DNA of 64,000 bases from an uncultured Pseudomonadales bacterium. Lineage in GTDB: Bacteria > Pseudomonadota > Gammaproteobacteria > Pseudomonadales > Azotimanducaceae. Each line of letters starts with the position of its first letter. Position 1 is the stretch's first letter. Below the pieces are notes generated by a model. The model was given only the letters and a program-made list of their open reading frames with translations, ran no database searches and was not told the origin of the DNA. Of this stretch, positions 51,031 through 58,840 are shown one piece after another. The position numbers and the translations under genes are program-made. The DNA is taken from assembly GCA_963976815.1 (NCBI GenBank), contig CAXBLU010000007.1, positions 41,645-105,644 on the forward strand, given 5' to 3'.

Positions 51031-51040
51031 CGAGATACTC

Positions 51041-51265
51041 ATGGCGCGAATCGAAATCGAATCGGATGTGACAGGCAATGTCTGGAAGATCGAAAAAAAA
51101 GTCGGTGATCGATTGGAAGCAGAAGACGTCATCATGATTTTAGAATCTATGAAAATGGAAATTCCAGTCGAAACCCCCAACGCCGGTACCTTGATCGAAA
51201 TCCTGGTCAAAGAAGAAGATCAGGTCGATGAAGATCAGATAGTCGCTATTGTCGAAAGTGACTAG
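51041..51265 (+). CDS. stand-alone biotinyl/lipoyl-carrier domain protein
   Basis: The 74-aa protein carries the biotinylation-type motif LESMKMEIPV. Confidence 0.75.
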   Translation: MARIEIESDVTGNVWKIEKKVGDRLEAEDVIMILESMKMEIPVETPNAGTLIEILVKEEDQVDEDQIVAIVESD

Positions 51266-51268
51266 GCT

Positions 51269-52054
51269 CTAACGCCCAGTGAAATTCGGCTCTCTCTTTC
51301 CAAAAAAGGCCTGGACGCCTTCAGCTCTATCATCTGTCAGAGTCGTCAAAATATTTTGATCCGTGTCCATATGCATAATGGCTTGATCCAGGGCATTGCT
51401 CACCGCGTTAATACTTTGCTTAATCATTTGCGTCGCAATTGGCGGTTGTCCGGCATATAACAACGCCATTTCCATCGCCTTGGCTTCCAACCGCGCTGTC
51501 GGCACAACCTCGTCAAGAAAGCCCCAGGAAAGCAGCGTTTGCGCATCTTCTTTAGCCCCGAGCATGATCATCCTTTTTGCCCGGGCTGGACCGATCAACC
51601 GAACGCACAGAGGCAAAGATTGCCACATCAAGTTGATGCCAAGATTCACTTCAGGATAACCGCAATAACAATCCTCAGAGCCAATTCGAAAGTCGCAAGC
51701 AGTTGGGATGCAAGCTCCGCCCCCAAGGGCGACGCCGTGTATCGCGGCAATAGTGACCTGATTAATTTCTGTAATTGCTTTGATCATCCTTGCACCCAGA
51801 CCTGATTTACGGCGACGGATAATCATCGAATCGTCTGTTGAGACCTTCTGTTTTAGATCCGCCCCTGCGCTAAAGTGTTTGCCCGCGCCAGAAAAAATGA
51901 CAACCCGGGTTTGTTCATCATCGAGAAAACTCCGGGCTACCGCTTCGATATCTTCCATTAGCCCAGTATTTAGCGCATTCAATTGTTCCGGACGATTTAA
52001 GATCACCCGGGTCACATGGCCCTCGGATCGAACGACAAGATTGTTATAGATCAT
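51269..52054 (-). CDS. enoyl-CoA hydratase/isomerase (crotonase) family protein
   Basis: The motifs FSGAGKHFSAGADL and AAIHGVALGGG are present. Confidence 0.88.
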   Translation of the reverse strand: MIYNNLVVRSEGHVTRVILNRPEQLNALNTGLMEDIEAVARSFLDDEQTRVVIFSGAGKHFSAGADLKQKVSTDDSMIIRRRKSGLGARMIKAITEINQVTIAAIHGVALGGGACIPTACDFRIGSEDCYCGYPEVNLGINLMWQSLPLCVRLIGPARAKRMIMLGAKEDAQTLLSWGFLDEVVPTARLEAKAMEMALLYAGQPPIATQMIKQSINAVSNALDQAIMHMDTDQNILTTLTDDRAEGVQAFFGKREPNFTGR

Positions 52055-52127
52055 CAGCTTCCCTTATTTTGACTTGATCACGATGCGGCTCGTAACTGAT
52101 AAGGATGCTGAACGGAGCATTAAGAAT

Positions 52128-52310
52128 TTACAAGCGGTCGGGTAAATACAGGGAGTAGGTGTCCCGCCGAATATAGGGTGATCGGCGAATTCTGCTTCTA
52201 CGATAGGTTGAAGGTTTCCAACAAACCTTTAGCCAACGGAAGAAACCACGTCGATATTGTTGCCGTCGATCCTTGCCGGATCGTCGCTCGGTGAAGGTGA
52301 CCTTGTGCAC
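52128..52310 (-). CDS. arginine-rich small ORF (uncertain)
   Basis: The 60-aa ORF has a GTG start and the sequence MHKVTFTERRSGKDRRQQYRRGFFRW...RRSRIRRSPYIRRD. GGGG lies 6 nt upstream of the GTG. No family was recognised. Confidence 0.25.
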   Translation of the reverse strand: MHKVTFTERRSGKDRRQQYRRGFFRWLKVCWKPSTYRRSRIRRSPYIRRDTYSLYLPDRL

Positions 52311-52495
52311 ACGTTTACCCCGCTATGTCGGGTAGGAACTGTTTCTTGAATTGGTATTTCTTGAATTAGGACTATTTAGTTTAAGTGAGCAAATCCGGTT
52401 GTAAACAAACGATATGGTCTTAAAACCCCAAAATATATACCAGGGATGAGCCCGTACCTTTTCCCAGCGGACACCACCGCGTATGATGCCCGCCA

Positions 52496-52708
52496 ATGAA
52501 ATCACGACTTTCCAAAGAAGAAGCCCTGTCATTTCTCCTGACTTATTTGATCGTTGAGCGGCAGCAATCCTTCACCCTGAACCAGATGACCCTATTTAGT
52601 CTGTCCAACCTCGCATTGGAGGTGGAACATCGCTTAAGCAGCGAAGAGGGGCTTATTCCCCATGAGGTTATCGAAGCTCTGGCTGATCAATTTATCGAGA
52701 CTCTATAA
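52496..52708 (+). CDS. hypothetical small protein (70 aa)
   Basis: Its stop TAA is immediately followed by the ATG of the HAD gene (TAAATG), which suggests co-translation. There is no clear SD. Confidence 0.35.
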   Translation: MKSRLSKEEALSFLLTYLIVERQQSFTLNQMTLFSLSNLALEVEHRLSSEEGLIPHEVIEALADQFIETL

Positions 52709-53368
52709 ATGCTGAACCCCAGACCCGCTGCGCTCATTTTTGATATGGATGGCACTCTGCTGGATACAGAACCGCTCTACTCCGAGGCGACTCAAAAAGT
52801 ACTCGACCCTTATAACGCCACCTACACCATGGAGCTAAAAAGACGCTGCATTGGTGGAGATTCCCACACCAGCGCTCAGATTGTCATTGATGCATTTGAT
52901 TTACCGATGACTACCCAGGAATTTCTCACCCAGCGGGAGGTTCACTTAATGTCGCTGTTTCCCTCGGCTGCAGAAATGCCAGGGGCAGAAAATTTCATCA
53001 ACGCCCTGGCTGAAAAGGGCGTGGCACTGGGCCTGGCAACCAGTAGCCACCGTCACCTGGTCGACGTTAAGTTCACCCACCGGAGCTGGTCGAAGCACTT
53101 TTCAGTGGTGGTTTGTGGTGACGATGCAGAGTTAAAGCAAGGTAAGCCCGCGCCGGATATATTTGAGCTTTGCGCCACACGGCTTGGGGTTAAGCCTTCA
53201 GATTGTATTGCCTTCGAAGACTCACCCAACGGTGTTACCTCGGCAACTGCGGCGGGGATGCAGGTGATTGCAATTAATAGTCCTTATGTCGAACCGGGTG
53301 CACTGTCGAGTGCTGCCCTTGCAATCGATCACTATGACGAACTATCAGCCCTCATAGAGTCGATCTAG
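52709..53368 (+). CDS. HAD-superfamily hydrolase (beta-phosphoglucomutase-like subfamily IA)
   Basis: Motif I is FDMDGTLLDTE and motif II is LATSS. The late motif is FEDSPNGV. Confidence 0.85.
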   Translation: MLNPRPAALIFDMDGTLLDTEPLYSEATQKVLDPYNATYTMELKRRCIGGDSHTSAQIVIDAFDLPMTTQEFLTQREVHLMSLFPSAAEMPGAENFINALAEKGVALGLATSSHRHLVDVKFTHRSWSKHFSVVVCGDDAELKQGKPAPDIFELCATRLGVKPSDCIAFEDSPNGVTSATAAGMQVIAINSPYVEPGALSSAALAIDHYDELSALIESI

Positions 53369-53369
53369 C

Positions 53370-53816
53370 CTAGCTCTCTTTTTTGGACTGGTTTTGTGTC
53401 GTATTTCCCAATCGATTCCAGAATTCCATGTTCTGCTCCAGGGCTTTTCTCATCAGCGCCATAGGCTCCGCTCCGGCGAGGTCTTGCATTCTCGAACGAT
53501 ACCGTTGCTCATGGTCGAGGAACGTCGTAATACTCTGTTCAATATAGCGACTCACAACATTCTGCATCGGTGCACCATAGAAACGGATAAGCTGTTGAAG
53601 TACTCGATTGGTTAAAATCGGCTCATGGCCCTCCCCTTCCTGTTCAGAAATAATTTGTAACAGGACGGAACGGGTCAGATCCTTATCGGTCTTTGAATCA
53701 ACAACCCTGATCATGTCTCCCCGAAGCACAATTTTTCGGATATCTTCCACCGTCACATAGCAGCTCTCTTGAATATCATAGAGGCGACGATTCGGGTACT
53801 TCTTGAATTCTCTCAT
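53370..53816 (-). CDS. phaR: polyhydroxyalkanoate synthesis repressor PhaR
   Basis: The N-terminus KKYPNRRLYDIQESCYVTVEDI is the hallmark PhaR DNA-binding region. Confidence 0.85.
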   Translation of the reverse strand: MREFKKYPNRRLYDIQESCYVTVEDIRKIVLRGDMIRVVDSKTDKDLTRSVLLQIISEQEGEGHEPILTNRVLQQLIRFYGAPMQNVVSRYIEQSITTFLDHEQRYRSRMQDLAGAEPMALMRKALEQNMEFWNRLGNTTQNQSKKES

Positions 53817-53831
53817 TGGGCTAATTCCTAC

Positions 53832-54614
53832 TTAAGCGTACAGCGCGGCGAGGGCCGCTGGTCGTTGATACTTTACCCACTCATTGTCTGCCTGGGCCAA
53901 CCTATCCGCCACGATGTGGTAAATCGATGGATTAAAGGCCATGCCGCAGTGGCTGCCACAGACTCTAACATTCTGGGTTGTGCCGTCTTCAAACTCCTCC
54001 ATGCACCCTTCCCAGTGCACAACACCATCACCTTTACTATAAATGGCGGTCATTGGTACCGGAGGCGAGCTCGATTCATCAAAAAACTCTAGTGCATCAC
54101 GCATCTCTTCTGGTGTCATGCCCGTCGACCGCTCAAAGAGTTGAGAGACAATACTTGCCACAGCGTCACTCTTATCCATGCGAATGGGACTGCCTAGAGA
54201 AATGACCTGTCGAACATGTTGTGGATACAGTCTCGCGAGCTCACGGGCAAAAACACCGCCCAGACTCTGACCAATCAACGACACTTTACCTTCCGTTTGC
54301 TCCACCAGTTGAAGAAACATTTCCGGCAATTGTGTTGCCATGATGTCAAAACGACCGGTATTTCGGCCAAGATTCCAGCCCACCGGCGAATACCCCATAC
54401 GGGACAAATATTTTCGCAGAACTGCTGTCGATTCGTCACCCGCCATAAAACCCGGTAATACCATGACGCTGTGGCCATCACCCCTGGGCAGGGTACGCAA
54501 CAAAGGCCAGGTCATCGACAGGGCGCTGAGCTCAAACAGTGTGCGGGGAATCTCGGAGGCGAAATTCATCATCGAGGGGCCCCGGGGCTTCTCTACGTCT
54601 AGCTGTTCGTACAT
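53832..54614 (-). CDS. alpha/beta-fold hydrolase (Ser nucleophile)
   Basis: The nucleophile elbow is GQSLGG. Candidate Asp (SKGDGVV) and His (GSHCGM) residues are present. The gene ends 15 nt upstream of phaR, so the two are probably co-transcribed. Confidence 0.75.
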   Translation of the reverse strand: MYEQLDVEKPRGPSMMNFASEIPRTLFELSALSMTWPLLRTLPRGDGHSVMVLPGFMAGDESTAVLRKYLSRMGYSPVGWNLGRNTGRFDIMATQLPEMFLQLVEQTEGKVSLIGQSLGGVFARELARLYPQHVRQVISLGSPIRMDKSDAVASIVSQLFERSTGMTPEEMRDALEFFDESSSPPVPMTAIYSKGDGVVHWEGCMEEFEDGTTQNVRVCGSHCGMAFNPSIYHIVADRLAQADNEWVKYQRPAALAALYA

Positions 54615-54814
54615 CTACACCCCCCAAATCGTTGTTTTTGTTGCTTTGTTGCATTGAACAACGGTCCGAGTGTGGCGGAGTTAAGTTTGGGAAGCAAGGC
54701 TCTTTACCGGGAAAATTAACCCTATTTTGGCTTGCAAATTTGACCCCTAATACGCTCTTAACAATCGTTTATTAGACTTCCCCTGGATTTATTTTGTGGC
54801 AGTGCACAAATCAG

Positions 54815-54842
54815 TTGACGGAGGAATTTCGATGCCTATAAT
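54815..54842 (+). promoter_or_regulatory. near-consensus sigma70 promoter facing the WS/DGAT gene
   Basis: TTGACG (54815-54820) is followed by a 16-nt spacer and TATAAT (54837-54842). This lies about 300 nt upstream of the ATG at 55140. Confidence 0.45.
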
Positions 54843-55139
54843 CCGCGCCAACGCACCACCTTGGGACATGCTGTTCTCGCAATACCCCAAGATGGTGACC
54901 GGTCTGTCGTTTGAATCCACAAGATTAAGACATCAATTCGCTATAAGCCTTACAAAAACAATAGCTTAGGTCCACGAACCCTATGGTGGCATAAGCGTTG
55001 CAAGCCCTTATAGACAGATGTAAACCGCTATAGAGCGTTATAGCGGATTGTCAAAACTAACGGACAAAACTAACGGTCAAAGCAAACGGTTAACCAGGCG
55101 TTACACAGACTACTCATTCAAACTATTATGGAGGCGATC

Positions 55140-56630
55140 ATGGAAAAGCTGAGCATGCAGGATGCCACTTTTCTCTATTCAGAAACGGACAAGGTACTCA
55201 ATCAAATTGCGTCACTTCAGCAATTTGAATTGCCGAAGGACGTAACACCCCAGAGTTTCGTCACGAACCTCCGAACTTATCTGATGGATCGCATCCACCT
55301 GCTACCCTATCTCACCCGCAAAGTAAGAATGATTCCAGGTGGGATAGACCACGCTGTTTGGGTTCGGGACGGGAATTTCGACATCCACAATCACGTGGTT
55401 GAAGTGCCCCTGGAAGCACCGGGCACCTTCGAACAGCTGCAAGCCAAAGTTGCTGAGCTGCACTCTATCCCCATGAATCGTATCCGCCCCCTCTGGTGCA
55501 TGCACGTCATCACCGGGTTACAGGATGGCACCGTCGCTTACTATGCTCAGGTGCATCATGCCTGTGTTGACGGTATGGCCGGTCAAGCAATGACAATGAC
55601 CTTAACCGACGATACGCCAGAGCCCCAGGCGAAACATTGCCCGGCTGACTTTATTCAGGACGAAAATCCCAGTATGGCGGAATTACTCTCAGCCTCCTTG
55701 CAAAACCTCATGAGTTATCAATCTGGGAGTATGGCCCGTACTAGCGGCATGATGAAAACTGCCACAAGACTTGGTCAACGCATGATTGATCCCGGGAAAT
55801 CTTTTGGCGCTCTCGGCCAGACCGCTCCGGATACAGCATTCAACCAATCGATTGGCAGAGATCGTACATTCGCCTGTACTAAGATTCCCCTTACTGACGT
55901 GAAAAAGATCGGTAAAACCATGGGTGCCAGCGTCAACGACGTATTCCTCACGGTCTGCGCCGGTGCTCTCCGTCGTTATCTAGCACGTAAAAATCAATTA
56001 CCAAGACGCAATTTGATTGCAGGATGTCCCGTCGCCATTCCACGCGCGGCGCATTCCAATCAGGGCAACAGTGTCAGCATGATGAGCGTGGACCTATTCA
56101 CATCCGTTGCCGATCCCCGAGTTCGCTTGCTCCGAGTGAAGAGTTCCGCTAATACCGCAAAAGAAGTGACCGCGGAACTTGCCGAGGGCATGGACAGCAA
56201 TGTTTCACTCCTGGGTCTGCCCCTATTGACCCAGGCCGCAAGTTGGGTCAACGAATTTAGCCGAGCCTCAGACACTATGACAATGCCATTTAACGTTGTC
56301 GTGTCGAATGTGCCAGGTCCTAGAACCCCGCTCTACGCCAACGGCGCAAGGATGCTGAGCCACTATCCGGTTTCTATTCCAACCCACGGTCTTGGATTAA
56401 ACATCACTGTACAAAGCTACTGTGACGGTCTATTTGTTGGCCTCACCGCCTGCAAGAAGGCGGTTCCAGACCTTGATGTTCTGCGGGACGACCTCTTTGC
56501 TTCTTTTGTTGAGCTAAAAGCGCTGACGTTACCCGCAAACATAACCGAGATAGGTGTTCAGACGACTCCAGAGGTGAAAAGCACCCCGGCAACCGGCGAA
56601 AAACCTGAAAATCTGACAAAAGTTGCTTAA
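55140..56630 (+). CDS. wax ester synthase/acyl-CoA:diacylglycerol acyltransferase (WS/DGAT)
   Basis: The active-site motif HHxxxDG is present as HHACVDG (55554-55574). I moved the start to the ATG at 55140, which is preceded by GGAGG 5 nt upstream. The track start is 55128. Confidence 0.88.
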   Translation: MEKLSMQDATFLYSETDKVLNQIASLQQFELPKDVTPQSFVTNLRTYLMDRIHLLPYLTRKVRMIPGGIDHAVWVRDGNFDIHNHVVEVPLEAPGTFEQLQAKVAELHSIPMNRIRPLWCMHVITGLQDGTVAYYAQVHHACVDGMAGQAMTMTLTDDTPEPQAKHCPADFIQDENPSMAELLSASLQNLMSYQSGSMARTSGMMKTATRLGQRMIDPGKSFGALGQTAPDTAFNQSIGRDRTFACTKIPLTDVKKIGKTMGASVNDVFLTVCAGALRRYLARKNQLPRRNLIAGCPVAIPRAAHSNQGNSVSMMSVDLFTSVADPRVRLLRVKSSANTAKEVTAELAEGMDSNVSLLGLPLLTQAASWVNEFSRASDTMTMPFNVVVSNVPGPRTPLYANGARMLSHYPVSIPTHGLGLNITVQSYCDGLFVGLTACKKAVPDLDVLRDDLFASFVELKALTLPANITEIGVQTTPEVKSTPATGEKPENLTKVA

Positions 56631-56665
56631 AAACTAAAAATATTTGTTCTCGGCCCTTGATTTTA

Positions 56666-56697
56666 TTGCAGCGCACCATATAATGATGCAATGCAAC
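56666..56697 (+). promoter_or_regulatory. phasin-1 promoter with flanking TGC-rich repeats (candidate PhaR operator)
   Basis: The sequence is TTGCAGCGCACCATATAATGATGCAATGCAAC. TATAAT lies at 56679-56684 and TTGATT lies 16 nt upstream. 24 of 32 positions are identical to 57310-57341. Confidence 0.5.
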
Positions 56698-56756
56698 ATA
56701 GAGACACGGCCAAAGCTACGTTACAGCTGAGTTCACATACACAACGGAGAAATTCC

Positions 56757-57146
56757 ATGAACATTATTGAGAAACAAACTGAGCTGGGTAAGTCTTTATA
56801 CGAGATCAATACCAGCACAATGAAAGAATACTTGAGCATGCAACGCGCCAACATCGAGAAGTATGTTGAAGTTAATCGCGAGTTCGGTTCACGCTTACCT
56901 GAAGTGAAGGACATCAGCAGTGCTGTTGAACTTCAGCGTGAATACAACGGTATGCTCTGGGCACAAACCAAAGAAGCTATGACTGCCCAGACAGAACTGC
57001 TGAAAGGCGCATTCAGTGAAACACGCACTGCGTTGAAAACTGCTTACACGTTCGAAACTGACGTTGAAGCTGTAAAACCTAAAGCAAAAGCCAAGGCTAA
57101 AGCACCAAGCAAAGCTAAAGCTAAAAAGACCGCCGCCGCTGCCTAA
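56757..57146 (+). CDS. phasin family protein with a Lys/Ala-rich C-terminal tail
   Basis: I trimmed the track ORF to the ATG at 56757 (MNIIEKQTELGKSLYEINTSTMKEY), which has GGAGA upstream. It is a paralog of 57380..57691. The tail is KPKAKAKAKAPSKAKAKKTAAAA. Confidence 0.75.
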   Translation: MNIIEKQTELGKSLYEINTSTMKEYLSMQRANIEKYVEVNREFGSRLPEVKDISSAVELQREYNGMLWAQTKEAMTAQTELLKGAFSETRTALKTAYTFETDVEAVKPKAKAKAKAPSKAKAKKTAAAA

Positions 57147-57201
57147 AAAGCCAGCCTGGCAACATCTTTCAGCAGGTAATTGGTAGCTACCTGTTGTGAG
57201 C

Positions 57202-57246
57202 GGACTCCGCCGATTCTGTTTTTCCCTCTTCAGGTCGGTGGAGTCC
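57202..57246 (+). terminator. possible terminator hairpin after phasin 1
   Basis: GGACTCCGCCGA (57202-57213) pairs with TCGGTGGAGTCC (57235-57246) with one G-U pair. The loop is large (21 nt) and the sequence downstream is T-rich. Confidence 0.3.
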
Positions 57247-57309
57247 ATTTACCTTACTTTAATTCTCTTGTTTGATCTTCATTTTTTTGCAAAAAACCAC
57301 TTGCACTTG

Positions 57310-57341
57310 TTGCACTGCAATATATAATGTTGCACTGCGGC
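57310..57341 (+). promoter_or_regulatory. phasin-2 promoter with flanking TTGCACTGC repeats (candidate PhaR operator)
   Basis: The sequence is TTGCACTGCAATATATAATGTTGCACTGCGGC. TATAAT lies at 57323-57328. TTGCACT occurs at 57301, 57310 and 57330. Confidence 0.5.
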
Positions 57342-57379
57342 AAAAGATTAGACAAAACCATCACATTTGGATGAAGAAT

Positions 57380-57691
57380 ATGAACATCATTGAAAAGCAA
57401 GTTGAAATGGGCCGGGCCCTTTTCGAAATAAACCAAAATACAATCCAGGAATTGGCTCGCACACAGCAAGACAACCTGAAGAAGTACTTCGAATTAAACA
57501 GCACTTTCTCAAAGCGAATCCCATCAGTCACTGACGTGACGAGCTTTGTAGAACTCTCACGTGAATACAACGAAACGTTGTGGACCGGTGTTAAAGACTC
57601 TACTCGCGGTCAAGTTGACGTGCTCAAGAGCGCTGTTGAAGAAACTGGCGTAGCCGTTCGTAAAGCTTTTACTGTTGAAACCGCCGACTAA
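57380..57691 (+). CDS. phasin family protein (short paralog, no basic tail)
   Basis: The start MNIIEKQVEMGRALFEINQNTIQE was chosen by analogy with the first phasin. An alternative ATG lies at 57371. Confidence 0.72.
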   Translation: MNIIEKQVEMGRALFEINQNTIQELARTQQDNLKKYFELNSTFSKRIPSVTDVTSFVELSREYNETLWTGVKDSTRGQVDVLKSAVEETGVAVRKAFTVETAD

Positions 57692-57717
57692 ACCCCCCTT
57701 AGTTAAGTTGGTATTTA

Positions 57718-57746
57718 AAGGGCGCTCTATGCGCCCTTCTTTTTTT
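57718..57746 (+). terminator. intrinsic terminator after phasin 2
   Basis: AAGGGCGC, a TCTAT loop and GCGCCCTT are followed by CTTTTTTT. Confidence 0.8.
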
Positions 57747-57784
57747 GCGCTCTAATAACCCCCCACCGGTCATGAGACAAAAAA

Positions 57785-58054
57785 ATGAAAATTACAGTTG
57801 ATGTTGATATCACCCCTGAAGAGCTACGACGATTTATTGGTCTGCCCAATGTCGAAAAGATTCAGAACGAGATGATCAAGAACGCTCAAAAATACCTCCA
57901 AGAATCCGGTCAATCTCAATACAAAGAACTTGTCTCCAGTGCTATGCAGCCGATGATGGCTTATCAGAGCTGGTTACAGCGAATGATGACCGGTGAAACA
58001 ACCAATTCGACTAAATCAAAACCCGACAAAGACGGAGCCAAAAATGATGACTAA
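57785..58054 (+). CDS. hypothetical small protein (89 aa)
   Basis: The ORF reads MKITVDVDITPEELRRFIGLPNVEKIQNEM.... Its last 11 nt overlap the start of the SDR gene, which suggests coupling. Confidence 0.5.
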   Translation: MKITVDVDITPEELRRFIGLPNVEKIQNEMIKNAQKYLQESGQSQYKELVSSAMQPMMAYQSWLQRMMTGETTNSTKSKPDKDGAKNDD

Positions 58055-58820
58055 AGGCACAGCGCTAATTACCGGCGCATCGTCAGGCATCGGAGCAGAG
58101 CTGGCCCGCTACTTTGCGAAACAACAATTTGACCTTGTGATCACCGCTCGACGCAAATCCAATCTAGACGCTTTGGCGACGGAGCTAGGCAGCTCAGTGA
58201 ATGTGACTGTTGTCAGCTGTGATCTGGCGGATTCCGCTGGTATAGAAGCCCTATTAACGGCCGTTTCAGAAATCGAAATTGATGTGCTGGTTAATAATGC
58301 GGGGATTGCCTATTCCGGGAACTTTCAAAGTCAGGATGAAGAAACCGTCTTAAACCTAATTCACTTGAATATCATTGCCCTGACGCGCCTAACACACAGA
58401 CTATTGCCCAATATGATCAATCGGGGCATGGGCAGAATTCTGAACGTTGCATCGGTTGCGTCATTTCAGCCAGTCCCCTCACTTGCGGCCTACGCAGCGT
58501 CTAAAGCCTATGTCCTGTCTTTAAGCGAGTCCCTGTCTGAAGAACTCAGAGGCACAGGTGTGTCGGTTACAGCCCTATGCCCAGGCTTAACTAAAACCGC
58601 TCTGTTAGACGAGGTCCAAGGCTTCGACGTCCCAATGGGCATTGCCTCCGCCCCTGCCGACGTGGCTCGAGAAGGGTATGATGCGCTAATGAAAAAGGAA
58701 GTCATCCGTGTCCCAGGCATTGCTAATCAGGCAGCACTCGCATGGGCAAAGCACCAACCCCGCTGGCTTGTTCGAGGTATCGGCGGGCTTGTTGCTCGAT
58801 TTAATCCAAACAATCACTAA
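58044..58820 (+). CDS. short-chain dehydrogenase/reductase (classical SDR)
   Basis: I trimmed the track ORF to the ATG at 58044 (MMTKGTALITGASSGIG). The motif NNAG and the catalytic YAASK are present. Confidence 0.88.
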   Translation: MMTKGTALITGASSGIGAELARYFAKQQFDLVITARRKSNLDALATELGSSVNVTVVSCDLADSAGIEALLTAVSEIEIDVLVNNAGIAYSGNFQSQDEETVLNLIHLNIIALTRLTHRLLPNMINRGMGRILNVASVASFQPVPSLAAYAASKAYVLSLSESLSEELRGTGVSVTALCPGLTKTALLDEVQGFDVPMGIASAPADVAREGYDALMKKEVIRVPGIANQAALAWAKHQPRWLVRGIGGLVARFNPNNH

Positions 58821-58840
58821 ATGCCATTTAGAAAAAGGAT

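Noticed and set aside
53832-54614. I considered whether the alpha/beta hydrolase next to phaR is a small PHA synthase.
   Set aside because: The nucleophile elbow is GQSLGG, with Ser rather than the Cys of the PhaC lipase-box-like motif, and the protein is only 260 aa. A hydrolase (esterase, lipase or depolymerase) is the safer call.
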